This document shows positions 1-8,245 of a stretch of 64,000 bases of DNA, one piece after another. Under the pieces are notes generated by a model. It had not been told where the DNA came from. It saw nothing but the letters and a program-made list of their open reading frames with translations, and did not search any database. The stretch's first letter is position 1. The number at the start of each line of letters is the position of its first letter. The translations under genes and the position numbers were made by a program. Origin of the DNA: an uncultured Candidatus Saccharibacteria bacterium (GTDB lineage Bacteria > Patescibacteriota > Minisyncoccia > Phycocordibacterales > UBA3531); assembly GCA_964361405.1 (NCBI GenBank), contig CAYIAA010000001.1, positions 20,917 through 84,916 of the forward strand, in the 5' to 3' direction.

Positions 1-54
1 TCCCGATATCCCGCTTGGTTATATGAGTACAGCATGATACCCTAATTTTCATCC

Positions 55-1065
55 ATGTCATTTCTCAAAGGTAAAAAGGTAATGATTACCGGCGGCGCCG
101 GGTTTTTGGGTACCAACCTCTCATTATATTTGGCTGATCGTGGCGCTAAGCTCATCATAATCGATAACTTTATGCGACGAGGTGCGGAGAAGAATTACGA
201 AGTTCTTAAGGCACGTTTCCCAGATATTATTTTTTACACCGTAGAAATAAGCGATATTCCTTCCATTATTACAAAGGAATTACCAGAGCTTATTTATCAT
301 TTTGCTGCACAAGTTGCTGTCACATCAAGCGTTATTTCTCCGGTTAGCGATTTTCGAATTAATGCAGAAGGTACTTTTCACATTGCCCGCACGGCACATT
401 CTAATGGCATCCCTGTTGTATACGCATCAACAAATAAGGTTTACGGCGACAATGTAAACAAGGTACCTATCAAGGAACATAAGACCCGATATGATTTTGA
501 CGGAGATCTTGCACGCAGGGGAATAGATGAAAATTTTTCCATTGATGCATCAAAGCGGTCACCATACGGAGTCTCAAAATTAGTTGGGGAAATGTATGTA
601 AGGGAATACGGTGGCGTATCAAACCGTTTCTCCTGCATGTACGGACCCCACCAGTACGGCATTGTTGATCAGGGGTGGGTTTCATATTTCGTCGCCCGGA
701 AACTTGCCGATGAGCCGATCACGATTTTCGGCGACGGAAAGCAGATCCGCGATGTTTTGCACGCGGCTGATGTTGTGCGCCTTCTTGAGCTCGAGGGCTA
801 CCATTTGACGAATAATACCGGTGTTGATCTCCGCGGAGAGGTTTTTGCGATCGGCGGAGGGCACCAGAATACCATCTCGCTTCTTGAGCTCTGTAAGGAG
901 CTCGATATTACGCCCTCTTTCGGTCCTTGGAGGCCGTCTGACCAGAAAGTATTTTACGCCGACACCGCAAAAGCAAAACGTCTCCTCGGGTGGGAACCGG
1001 TTGTGGGGATACGGGAAGGTATTGCCGATTTGGTACGATGGGTGAGCTCCGCCAAGGCGGGGTAA
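55..1065 (+). CDS. NAD-dependent epimerase/dehydratase, CDP-paratose 2-epimerase (RfbE/Tyv)-like
   Basis: GGAGFLG Rossmann motif, SPYGVSK (YxxxK), DQGWV and GDGKQIRD motifs typical of RfbE-like extended SDRs. Confidence 0.85.
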   Translation: MSFLKGKKVMITGGAGFLGTNLSLYLADRGAKLIIIDNFMRRGAEKNYEVLKARFPDIIFYTVEISDIPSIITKELPELIYHFAAQVAVTSSVISPVSDFRINAEGTFHIARTAHSNGIPVVYASTNKVYGDNVNKVPIKEHKTRYDFDGDLARRGIDENFSIDASKRSPYGVSKLVGEMYVREYGGVSNRFSCMYGPHQYGIVDQGWVSYFVARKLADEPITIFGDGKQIRDVLHAADVVRLLELEGYHLTNNTGVDLRGEVFAIGGGHQNTISLLELCKELDITPSFGPWRPSDQKVFYADTAKAKRLLGWEPVVGIREGIADLVRWVSSAKAG

Positions 1066-1068
1066 CCT

Positions 1069-2211
1069 ATGAAACTCATCTATATTTTTGATGGGCGGAT
1101 TCCAACAGAACGAGCCCACGGTCTTCATATTGTCAAAATGTGCGAGGCCTTGGGCAGAATTACAGATGTGACACTCGTTGTGCCGGGGAAAGGAAACCGA
1201 GATACAGAAGCGCCCTTTACCTTTTACGGTCTGAAAAAAACATTTTCCGTGCACTATGTTCCGATCCGGGATTTTATCTCGTGGGGACGAATCGGATACT
1301 GGATTAATCAGCTTTCTTTTACGCGAGCGCTTCTTACGGTAGGTATCTTGCCATCGCCCGCCGAGTGCAGAGTTCTGACGAGGGACGGCGTCTCCGGATG
1401 GATTCTCGCGCGGCGCGGGTATCGAGTATTTTACGATATGCACGGTGTACCTCACCGTTTCACTCTGCTGTGGAGGATTGGAATGCGCGTAATGCGCGGT
1501 GTCGTCGTTACCAACCAATGGAAAGTTCGTTTTTGCACTGAAGTGCTCGGTATTTCCCCGGACCGTCTCTTGGTTATGCCGAATGCATTTGATCCGCGCG
1601 CATTCTCCGGGCTTCCGGAGAAAAAGGAATTACGCCGGCAACTTAACCTTTCTTCGGGGCCTATTGCCGCTTACACCGGCCACCTTTACGACTGGAAGGG
1701 AGCGGGAGTACTTGCTCGGGTTGCCAGACTACTCACAGACGTCACTGTGCTTTTTGTCGGCGGAACGGAGCGGGACGTTGCCCGGTTCCGAGAAGAACAT
1801 GGGCACAGCGCCAACATACTCCTTCTTGGTTTTAAGCCGCACGCCCTCGTGCCGCAGTATCTCAAGGCCGCAGATGTTCTTGTTCTTCCCAACTCAAACG
1901 TTTCTCAATCGCGGCGACTTGAGGGTTATTCAAAGTTTGAAACATCACCGATTAAACTTTTTGAATATATGGCAAGCGGAACCCCTATTGTCGCTTCGGA
2001 TCTTCCATCTATCCGAGAAATAGTTGATGAGGAAAGTGCGGTTCTCGTGGCGCCTGACGATCCCGAGGCGCTTGCTCGCGGTATACAGAGGGTGTTAAAT
2101 GAACCTGTACTCGCCGAACGTTTAGGAAAGAAGGCGCAAGAAATAGTGCAGGCATATACATGGGACAATCGCGCCGCCGCAGTGTTTAAGTTTATCAATA
2201 CGCACTCATGA
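1069..2211 (+). CDS. GT4 family glycosyltransferase
   Basis: C-terminal SPIKLFEYMASGTPIVASDLP GT-B/GT4 motif. Confidence 0.9.
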   Translation: MKLIYIFDGRIPTERAHGLHIVKMCEALGRITDVTLVVPGKGNRDTEAPFTFYGLKKTFSVHYVPIRDFISWGRIGYWINQLSFTRALLTVGILPSPAECRVLTRDGVSGWILARRGYRVFYDMHGVPHRFTLLWRIGMRVMRGVVVTNQWKVRFCTEVLGISPDRLLVMPNAFDPRAFSGLPEKKELRRQLNLSSGPIAAYTGHLYDWKGAGVLARVARLLTDVTVLFVGGTERDVARFREEHGHSANILLLGFKPHALVPQYLKAADVLVLPNSNVSQSRRLEGYSKFETSPIKLFEYMASGTPIVASDLPSIREIVDEESAVLVAPDDPEALARGIQRVLNEPVLAERLGKKAQEIVQAYTWDNRAAAVFKFINTHS

Positions 2212-3296
2212 GAATCGGCATTATTTTACATCCCTACGATGAAGACAAACCGGCCGGGCTCGCCCGGACGATTTTTGAGTGGACGAAAGGAATGCTTTCC
2301 ATCGATAAGAAGAATGAATATATCGTTTTTTTGAAAAATACTCCTCGAAAAAATCCCGATTTGCCGGGGAAAAATTGGCGCGTTGAGTCAACGGGGGGAG
2401 GGATTTTTTGGCTTGATAACCTGCGGAAGAAGACCCTCTGCGATGTGTATGTGTTCAATACTCCCGTGATGCCGCTCTTTTTTAAACCAAAGCGTTCGGT
2501 TGTTCTTGCTCTCGATTTTGCTTACTACTACTTGGCGCCGAAAACTATCCGCGGCCAGTTTTTTAAGTGGTTTACGTATTTTTATCATTTCCTCTCACTC
2601 AAGAGAGCGAATTCAATCGTTGCCATCTCGCGCGCGACGAGGGACGATGTGGTGAAGCTTTTCGGTATTCCAGCTGACCGAATGAGTGTTATTTATCTGG
2701 GGTACAAACACATCTGCGCCGTTTCCGAGACGGCCGTTTCCGGGACCCCTTCGGAAAAGTTCTTTTTTTTCGCGGGCATCATCAAGGAAAGGAAGAATGT
2801 CTATAATACCGTACGGGCTTTCCACCTTTTTTCTCAAAAAGTGAAGGGGTTCAAACTTGCTATTGCCGGAAGCCCGACGGGGAGCTATTTCGAAAAAATA
2901 AAAAAGTATATTGCTGAAAATCACCTGAGCGATTCAGTGATTTTTCTCGGCCACCTAAACGACGGAGAGCTTAGCTATGTGTATAAGAAAGCATACGCAT
3001 TTCTCTTCCCCACGCTCATTGAAGGGTTTGGTATGCCTGTTGCCGAAGCGATGGATTGCGGTGTGCCGGTCATTACATCGAACCAGTCGTCTCTTAAGGA
3101 AGTTGGAGGAGAAGGAAGTTCGCTTCTCGTTGATCCATACGATCCCGCCGATATAGCCGATAAGATGGTGCGTCTTACTGAAGACGAATCCTTGCGGAGA
3201 AGGCTGATAGAAAAAGGTAACTTGCAGTCCAAAAAATTTTCATGGGAGCATTCCGCGAGAGAGCTTCTCGCCATACTTCACGAAGTGGTGAAATAA
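2208..3296 (+). CDS. GT4 family glycosyltransferase (MtfB/WbaZ-like)
   Basis: EGFGMPVAEAMDCGVPVITSN (E-x7-E) motif; ATGA overlap with upstream gene. Confidence 0.9.
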   Translation: MRIGIILHPYDEDKPAGLARTIFEWTKGMLSIDKKNEYIVFLKNTPRKNPDLPGKNWRVESTGGGIFWLDNLRKKTLCDVYVFNTPVMPLFFKPKRSVVLALDFAYYYLAPKTIRGQFFKWFTYFYHFLSLKRANSIVAISRATRDDVVKLFGIPADRMSVIYLGYKHICAVSETAVSGTPSEKFFFFAGIIKERKNVYNTVRAFHLFSQKVKGFKLAIAGSPTGSYFEKIKKYIAENHLSDSVIFLGHLNDGELSYVYKKAYAFLFPTLIEGFGMPVAEAMDCGVPVITSNQSSLKEVGGEGSSLLVDPYDPADIADKMVRLTEDESLRRRLIEKGNLQSKKFSWEHSARELLAILHEVVK

Positions 3297-3298
3297 CC

Positions 3299-4411
3299 AT
3301 GAGAGGATTTTTACAGAAATTATTACTCCTCTCTGTGAGCATGATTGCCATCTTTTTCGTGCTCGAGATTGGGGTACGGATTTTTCTGCGGCAATCCTCA
3401 ACCCTCATTGAGGATGATCCGTATATCGTAAAAAAACATAAAGAGAATCTCGACCTGCGTATTGCCGCAGATACGGAAAAACTCTCTCACATTCGCACCA
3501 ATAGTTATGGGTTCATCGGCGATGAATGGGAGATGAAGAAAGACGCAACGACCTCGCGAATCGCGAATCTTGGCGATTCGTTTACCGCAGGCCACGATGT
3601 CGACTACGACAAAAATTTTAGCGCCATCCTCGCGGGGGAACTCTCCGGAAAAATCGGGGAAAAAGTAGAAAGCTTGAATTTTGGCGTCCCTGGGCAGGGG
3701 AGCGGCCACGCCCTTCTCACCTACCGTCACTATGCTGCCCAATTTATGCCAGACACGGTGATTCTATGGTTTTACATGGGAAATGATTTCGAAGATAACC
3801 TCATTTTTGAAGAAGGCAGTGCGAAGGCTGGCGGTGGCGGCGGACCTCTGGTGAAGAGGATTGCGAGAAAGTCCCAGCTCGCGCACTTTATCGTGAACCG
3901 CCTTGCGAAGAATCCCGCAGTTGCGAATTTTATGCACGGTAGAGTTCTCACCCGAGTTGGCTATGATATAACGGCCGAAACGCACAACGTGCCCCTTGCA
4001 CTTCGGCTTATTTTTACGAATGATAAAGAGAACGACCGCGCCCTTCTAGAAACCAAAAGACTCCTTGATCTTTTGCGGCAAGAAGTTGGGGCGGGTGGTG
4101 GAAAACTTCTCATTGCGGCCATCCCCGCTAACTTTCAAGTAGAAGAGAACTTGAAGGACGATCTTTTCTCTCAATATCCCGGTCTCGACGAGCTTGGGTT
4201 TGATGCGGCGAGGCCAGGCCGCGAACTTAAGGAGATCGCCAGTGAACTTGATCTTCCGTACATAGATCTCACACCGGCATTTAAAGAAGCGTGCCAAGAA
4301 AAATGTACACTCTATGTATGTCCTCACTGCCACCTCTCCGAAGACGGTCATGCGCTTCTAGCCGAGGAGGTAGGGAAGGCGGTCCTTGAGCGCGGGCTCA
4401 TTCCCCGGTAA
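3299..4411 (+). CDS. Membrane-anchored SGNH/GDSL hydrolase-family protein (AlgX/AlgJ-like)
   Basis: N-terminal TM helix, LGDSFT block I, NFGVPG block II, GND block III, C-terminal HLSEDGH; ATG 3299 chosen because it follows the upstream stop. Confidence 0.8.
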   Translation: MRGFLQKLLLLSVSMIAIFFVLEIGVRIFLRQSSTLIEDDPYIVKKHKENLDLRIAADTEKLSHIRTNSYGFIGDEWEMKKDATTSRIANLGDSFTAGHDVDYDKNFSAILAGELSGKIGEKVESLNFGVPGQGSGHALLTYRHYAAQFMPDTVILWFYMGNDFEDNLIFEEGSAKAGGGGGPLVKRIARKSQLAHFIVNRLAKNPAVANFMHGRVLTRVGYDITAETHNVPLALRLIFTNDKENDRALLETKRLLDLLRQEVGAGGGKLLIAAIPANFQVEENLKDDLFSQYPGLDELGFDAARPGRELKEIASELDLPYIDLTPAFKEACQEKCTLYVCPHCHLSEDGHALLAEEVGKAVLERGLIPR

Positions 4412-4423
4412 GGTAAAGCTACC

Positions 4424-4660
4424 ATGCCTCTATTTTTCAAAACCCTCTACCAGTGGTGGATGGCCTTTGCTCATGCCTTCGGCAGAGTAAATAGCGCTGT
4501 TATTCTCTCGGCATTCTTTATTGTTCTTGTGGGGTTTTATGCTCTCGTGTCGCGACTCATTACGTTATTCCGCCAAGAAAAAAGGGACAATACCGGAACA
4601 TTCTGGCGCGCCAAAGAATGGCATAAACCGACAATTGAACTTCTACGTCGCCAGTTTTAG
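4424..4660 (+). CDS. SxtJ-family small membrane protein
   Basis: WMAFAHAFGRVNSAVIL...TFWR...RRQF pattern; immediately precedes carbamoyltransferase. Confidence 0.75.
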   Translation: MPLFFKTLYQWWMAFAHAFGRVNSAVILSAFFIVLVGFYALVSRLITLFRQEKRDNTGTFWRAKEWHKPTIELLRRQF

Positions 4661-4672
4661 ATATATTAAGAC

Positions 4673-6436
4673 ATGAAAATTCTCGGTATTTCATGTTTCT
4701 ATCACGACGCCGCGGCGGCGCTTCTCGTTGACGGAGAAATTGTCGCCGCCGCGCAAGAGGAGCGCTTCTCGCGGAAAAAGCACGACGACAGTTTTCCTGC
4801 ACACTCCATCGAGTACTGTCTCTCTTCACAGAAACTTTCTATCGGAGATATTGACTACGTTGTTTTCTACGACAAGCCCGTACTCAAGTTCGAACGTCTT
4901 CTCATGACATTCATCAAAGTGTGGCCACGCGGACTACGGCTTTTTGTAACGGCGATGCGTGTATGGCTTAAGGAAAAACTTTGGGTAGAACACACAATAG
5001 CAAAGAGACTTGAGTATAAGGGAGATATTCTTTTTACCGAGCACCACTATGCGCATGCGGCGAGCGCCTACTATGCTTCGCCGTTTCTCGATGCGACCGT
5101 TGTCACGATGGACGGCGTGGGGGAATGGGATACCGCGACCGTTGGATATGCCAGGGGGAATGAACTCAAATTAACGCACACGATTCACTTTCCCGATTCC
5201 CTCGGTATGCTCTATTCGGCCGTGACGTACTATCTCGGCTTCAAAGTAAATAGCGCCGAGTACAAAGTGATGGGGTTAGCTCCGTACGGGAATCCCAATC
5301 GGTATTATGAGCACTTTAAGAAGTTAATTGACGTGAAGGCAAATGGGAGTTTCCGGCTCGATATGCGCTACTTTGCCTATGAGTATGGGCTCACGATGAC
5401 AAATACCAAGTTTGATGCACTTTTTGGAGGTCAGCCGCGCACCCCGGAATCAGAACTCACGGAGCGACACAAAGATATTGCCGCCTCACTTCAGAAGATA
5501 ACTGAAGAGATAGTGCTAAAAATTGTCACTCATGCAAAGAAATTGCACCCATCCGAAAATCTCTGTATGGCGGGTGGTGTGGCGCTTAATGCCGTCGCCA
5601 ACGGAAAAATTCTCGCTTCGGGAGTGTTCAAAAATATCTATATCCAGCCGGCGGCAGGGGATGCGGGGTGCGCTCTCGGCGCCGCATGCTACGTCTATTT
5701 CGACGTACTCGGGCACAAAAAGGAAGGGAGTGCGATGAAGAGCGCATACCTTGGACCGTCGTTTTCAAACGATGAGATCAAGGATTTTTTAGGTGAGGCA
5801 GGGCGCGAATATCCCGGATTCCGTTATAGTGTTTTTTCTGATAGTGATCTTTCTTCACACGTCGCAAAATTTCTTTCGGAGAATCAGGTCGTTGGTTGGT
5901 TTCAAGGGAGGATGGAATTCGGGCCGCGTGCCTTGGGGAACCGCTCGATTCTCGCCGATCCGAGAAAGAAAGAAAATTGGCAGAGGGTTAATCTCAAAAT
6001 TAAATTTCGCGAGAGTTTTCGTCCATTCGCACCCTCTGTTCTCGCCGAGCGGGCAGGGGAGTATTTCGATTTACATGGCGCGGAGAGTTCTTACATGCTT
6101 TTGGTCGCCCCAGTTCGAATGAAAAGTATTCCGGCGGTTACGCATGTTGATGGCTCGGCGCGGATTCAAACTCTGCGACGCGAGGACAATGAGCGTTTCT
6201 ATGACCTCATCAGCGAGTTTGAGAAACTGACCGGATGCTCGGTTCTTGTGAACACTTCTTTTAACGTCCGCGGCGAGCCGATTGTCTGTACTCCGAAAGA
6301 AGCCCTCCGCGTTTTCGCAAACACCGATATGGATGTGCTTGTTTTGGGGAACTTCCTCATTGTAAAAAGTGAGAATCCAATGTTAAATATAAAAGTGAAT
6401 CAGGAGTTGTATCTCAAAGAATTTCAAATAGACTAA
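4673..6436 (+). CDS. O-carbamoyltransferase (NodU/CmcH/SxtI family)
   Basis: ILGISCFYHDAAA, EHHYAHAAS, EYKVMGLAPYG, FGPRALGNRS, NTSFNVRGEPIV motifs. Confidence 0.95.
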   Translation: MKILGISCFYHDAAAALLVDGEIVAAAQEERFSRKKHDDSFPAHSIEYCLSSQKLSIGDIDYVVFYDKPVLKFERLLMTFIKVWPRGLRLFVTAMRVWLKEKLWVEHTIAKRLEYKGDILFTEHHYAHAASAYYASPFLDATVVTMDGVGEWDTATVGYARGNELKLTHTIHFPDSLGMLYSAVTYYLGFKVNSAEYKVMGLAPYGNPNRYYEHFKKLIDVKANGSFRLDMRYFAYEYGLTMTNTKFDALFGGQPRTPESELTERHKDIAASLQKITEEIVLKIVTHAKKLHPSENLCMAGGVALNAVANGKILASGVFKNIYIQPAAGDAGCALGAACYVYFDVLGHKKEGSAMKSAYLGPSFSNDEIKDFLGEAGREYPGFRYSVFSDSDLSSHVAKFLSENQVVGWFQGRMEFGPRALGNRSILADPRKKENWQRVNLKIKFRESFRPFAPSVLAERAGEYFDLHGAESSYMLLVAPVRMKSIPAVTHVDGSARIQTLRREDNERFYDLISEFEKLTGCSVLVNTSFNVRGEPIVCTPKEALRVFANTDMDVLVLGNFLIVKSENPMLNIKVNQELYLKEFQID

Positions 6437-6440
6437 AACC

Positions 6441-6602
6441 ATGGCAAGCAAATTTCGCATCGCGGGACAACTTTGGGACTTTATGCGCGTTAATAAAAAG
6501 TGGTGGCTCCTCCCTATGTTTCTTGTGCTCCTCCTTTTTGGCATCGTCCTTGTCTTTGCTGAAGGTTCCGCCTTCGCCCCATTTATCTACACGATTTTTT
6601 GA
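6441..6602 (+). CDS. SxtK/DUF5989-family small membrane protein (53 aa; absent from ORF track)
   Basis: Hand translation MASKFRIAGQLWDFMRVNKKWWLLPMFLVLLLFGIVLVFAEGSAFAPFIYTIF; KKWWLLP and APFIYTxF family signature. Confidence 0.9.
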   Translation: MASKFRIAGQLWDFMRVNKKWWLLPMFLVLLLFGIVLVFAEGSAFAPFIYTIF

Positions 6603-6635
6603 TCACCGTACTCTACGGTTGTTATCGTGTGTCCG

Positions 6636-6694
6636 TTTTGACACCTTTTGACACCTCGGTTAGTTTTAGTATGTGACGGTTTGAGCCGTCACAT
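6636..6694 (+). promoter_or_regulatory. Sigma70 promoter with tandem direct repeat and downstream inverted repeat
   Basis: TTGACA(6638-6643)-17 bp-TAGTTT(6661-6666); TTTTGACACC x2 (6636-6655); ATGTGACGG-N6-CCGTCACAT (6671-6694). Confidence 0.65.
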
Positions 6695-6697
6695 TTT

Positions 6698-6898
6698 ATG
6701 GATAGTTCAATCAAACCTCGAGTCGTTTATACCACAGGAGAAGCACGGAGGATCCTCAAGATAAGCGAGAGCACAGTTAAACGTTTACTTAAGCGCGGTT
6801 TTCTGCGCGCCAACAAGGTTGGTGGACAGTACCGGATTCTTGGACAGGAACTCCTGCGTCTTGTCGTGCCGGAGAGAAAAAAGCAAACCCCACGATGA
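6698..6898 (+). CDS. Excisionase-like (HTH_17/MerR-like) DNA-binding protein
   Basis: YTTGEARRILKISESTVKRLLKRGFLRANKVGGQYRI winged-HTH pattern; ATGA-coupled to next gene. Confidence 0.85.
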   Translation: MDSSIKPRVVYTTGEARRILKISESTVKRLLKRGFLRANKVGGQYRILGQELLRLVVPERKKQTPR

Positions 6899-8241
6899 AA
6901 ACTGTCATGATGACTCTTTCCCGCGGATCCCTTATCCGCAACTTTTTTCATACAGGGATTGTTCCTGAACTCCTTCGTCGCGGATTACGTGTCGTAGTCT
7001 TGACTCCGCATTCGGATGACTCGGCTTTTGTACCTTACCGGCATCAAAATCTTATTTTTGAACCACTGATCGAATCGAAAAACTTGCGTTTCAATCAGCT
7101 ATTCATTGAGATTGAAAAAGGAATTATTTTCAATAAGACTGTACGTGCGCGCTACCGCTATCGCGTTGCCGGCAGGATACCGTCGCGTTTCTACTTTGTG
7201 GTGCGGATGTTTCTCTTTGCACCGCTCTCACTCATTCCCAGCATAAAGCGCTTTTTTCGCTGGGTTGATTTTCACGTGAACCCAGAACGTCAACATGATT
7301 ACCTTATTGAGAAATACAAACCGGATCTCATATTTTCAACATCAGCCGGCGGTGATATTTCGGTTATCAAAGGTGCACAGCGCTTTGGCACCAGGTCGGT
7401 TGATATGCCGAAAAGTTGGGACACATTACCAAAATATCTTTTCAATGTGAAAGCCGATTACATGGTCGTCTGGAGCGAGTTTATGAAAGAGCAAGCAATT
7501 GAAGTGCAAGGGTATCGCCCGGAGGAAGTTATCGTGACCGGCGTGCCGCAATTTGATTTTTATAAAGACGAAAAACGATTTATCTCGCGCGAGGAATTCT
7601 GCCGGCAGTTTGGATTTGATCCGGAAAAAAAAATCATTCTCTATGGTTCGACTGGGGGCAACTGCTGTGATGAGATGACATACATACAGCTTCTCCGGCG
7701 GTATATGGCGGACGGCATTTTGAAAGATGCACAGGTTTTAATCCGGCCGCACATTGGCTACCTCGGGGACGTGGATCGTTTTGCCGAGGCTGAACGTTAT
7801 CCAGGTTTTGCGCTCGACCTGAGCGGAAGACAAGGAAGTACGTTCCAAGACAGGTGGGACACGAGCGAGAGCCATGTGAATCATCTCGTCAATTCTTTCA
7901 GACACGCCGCGGTAAGTATCAATATTGCCTCAACGCTTTCTCTTGATTCGCTTGCAGCCGGGGTACCTGTGGTGAATATAAACTTCGACGTTGATCCGAA
8001 CATAAGTTCGCATTTTTCCACCAAGCGCTTGTATCAATCGGATTATATCGAAGCGGTTGTGCGTTCGGGCGGCACGCGGGTTGCCCGAAGTGAAAAGGCA
8101 TTTCGAGAAGCACTCACGGAAATTCTTGATGGTGGTGTGGTCGAGAAAGAGAAAGAATCGGCACTACGCTACCTTGTATTCCGCGCAGACGGTCACTCTG
8201 GGGAGCGGCTCACAGAGGCGCTTGTCGGTCTTTTACCATAA
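6895..8241 (+). CDS. GT-B protein, CDP-glycerol glycerophosphotransferase (TagF)-like
   Basis: KSWD, VTGVPQFD, LIRPH, STLSLD motifs; paralog of 17752..19131. Confidence 0.6.
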   Translation: MKTVMMTLSRGSLIRNFFHTGIVPELLRRGLRVVVLTPHSDDSAFVPYRHQNLIFEPLIESKNLRFNQLFIEIEKGIIFNKTVRARYRYRVAGRIPSRFYFVVRMFLFAPLSLIPSIKRFFRWVDFHVNPERQHDYLIEKYKPDLIFSTSAGGDISVIKGAQRFGTRSVDMPKSWDTLPKYLFNVKADYMVVWSEFMKEQAIEVQGYRPEEVIVTGVPQFDFYKDEKRFISREEFCRQFGFDPEKKIILYGSTGGNCCDEMTYIQLLRRYMADGILKDAQVLIRPHIGYLGDVDRFAEAERYPGFALDLSGRQGSTFQDRWDTSESHVNHLVNSFRHAAVSINIASTLSLDSLAAGVPVVNINFDVDPNISSHFSTKRLYQSDYIEAVVRSGGTRVARSEKAFREALTEILDGGVVEKEKESALRYLVFRADGHSGERLTEALVGLLP

Positions 8242-8245
8242 ACAT

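Noticed and set aside
682-1518. 278-aa minus-strand ORF and many other overlapping ORFs in the track
   Set aside because: They lie antisense or out of frame to well-supported genes and have no recognisable motifs
4424-6602. Saxitoxin biosynthesis
   Set aside because: Only sxtI/J/K-like genes are present; no sxtA, sxtG or other core genes, and the context is glycan synthesis
6698-6898. Prophage/ICE excisionase
   Set aside because: No integrase, att site or phage genes nearby; the gene is coupled to a glycan operon
8057-8245. N-terminal extension of AsnB in the ORF track (similar extensions at 3242, 17635, 60732, 62606)
   Set aside because: Overlaps the upstream gene; Ntn amidotransferases need Cys at position 2, so the start is 8246; the others were likewise trimmed to the first sensible ATG
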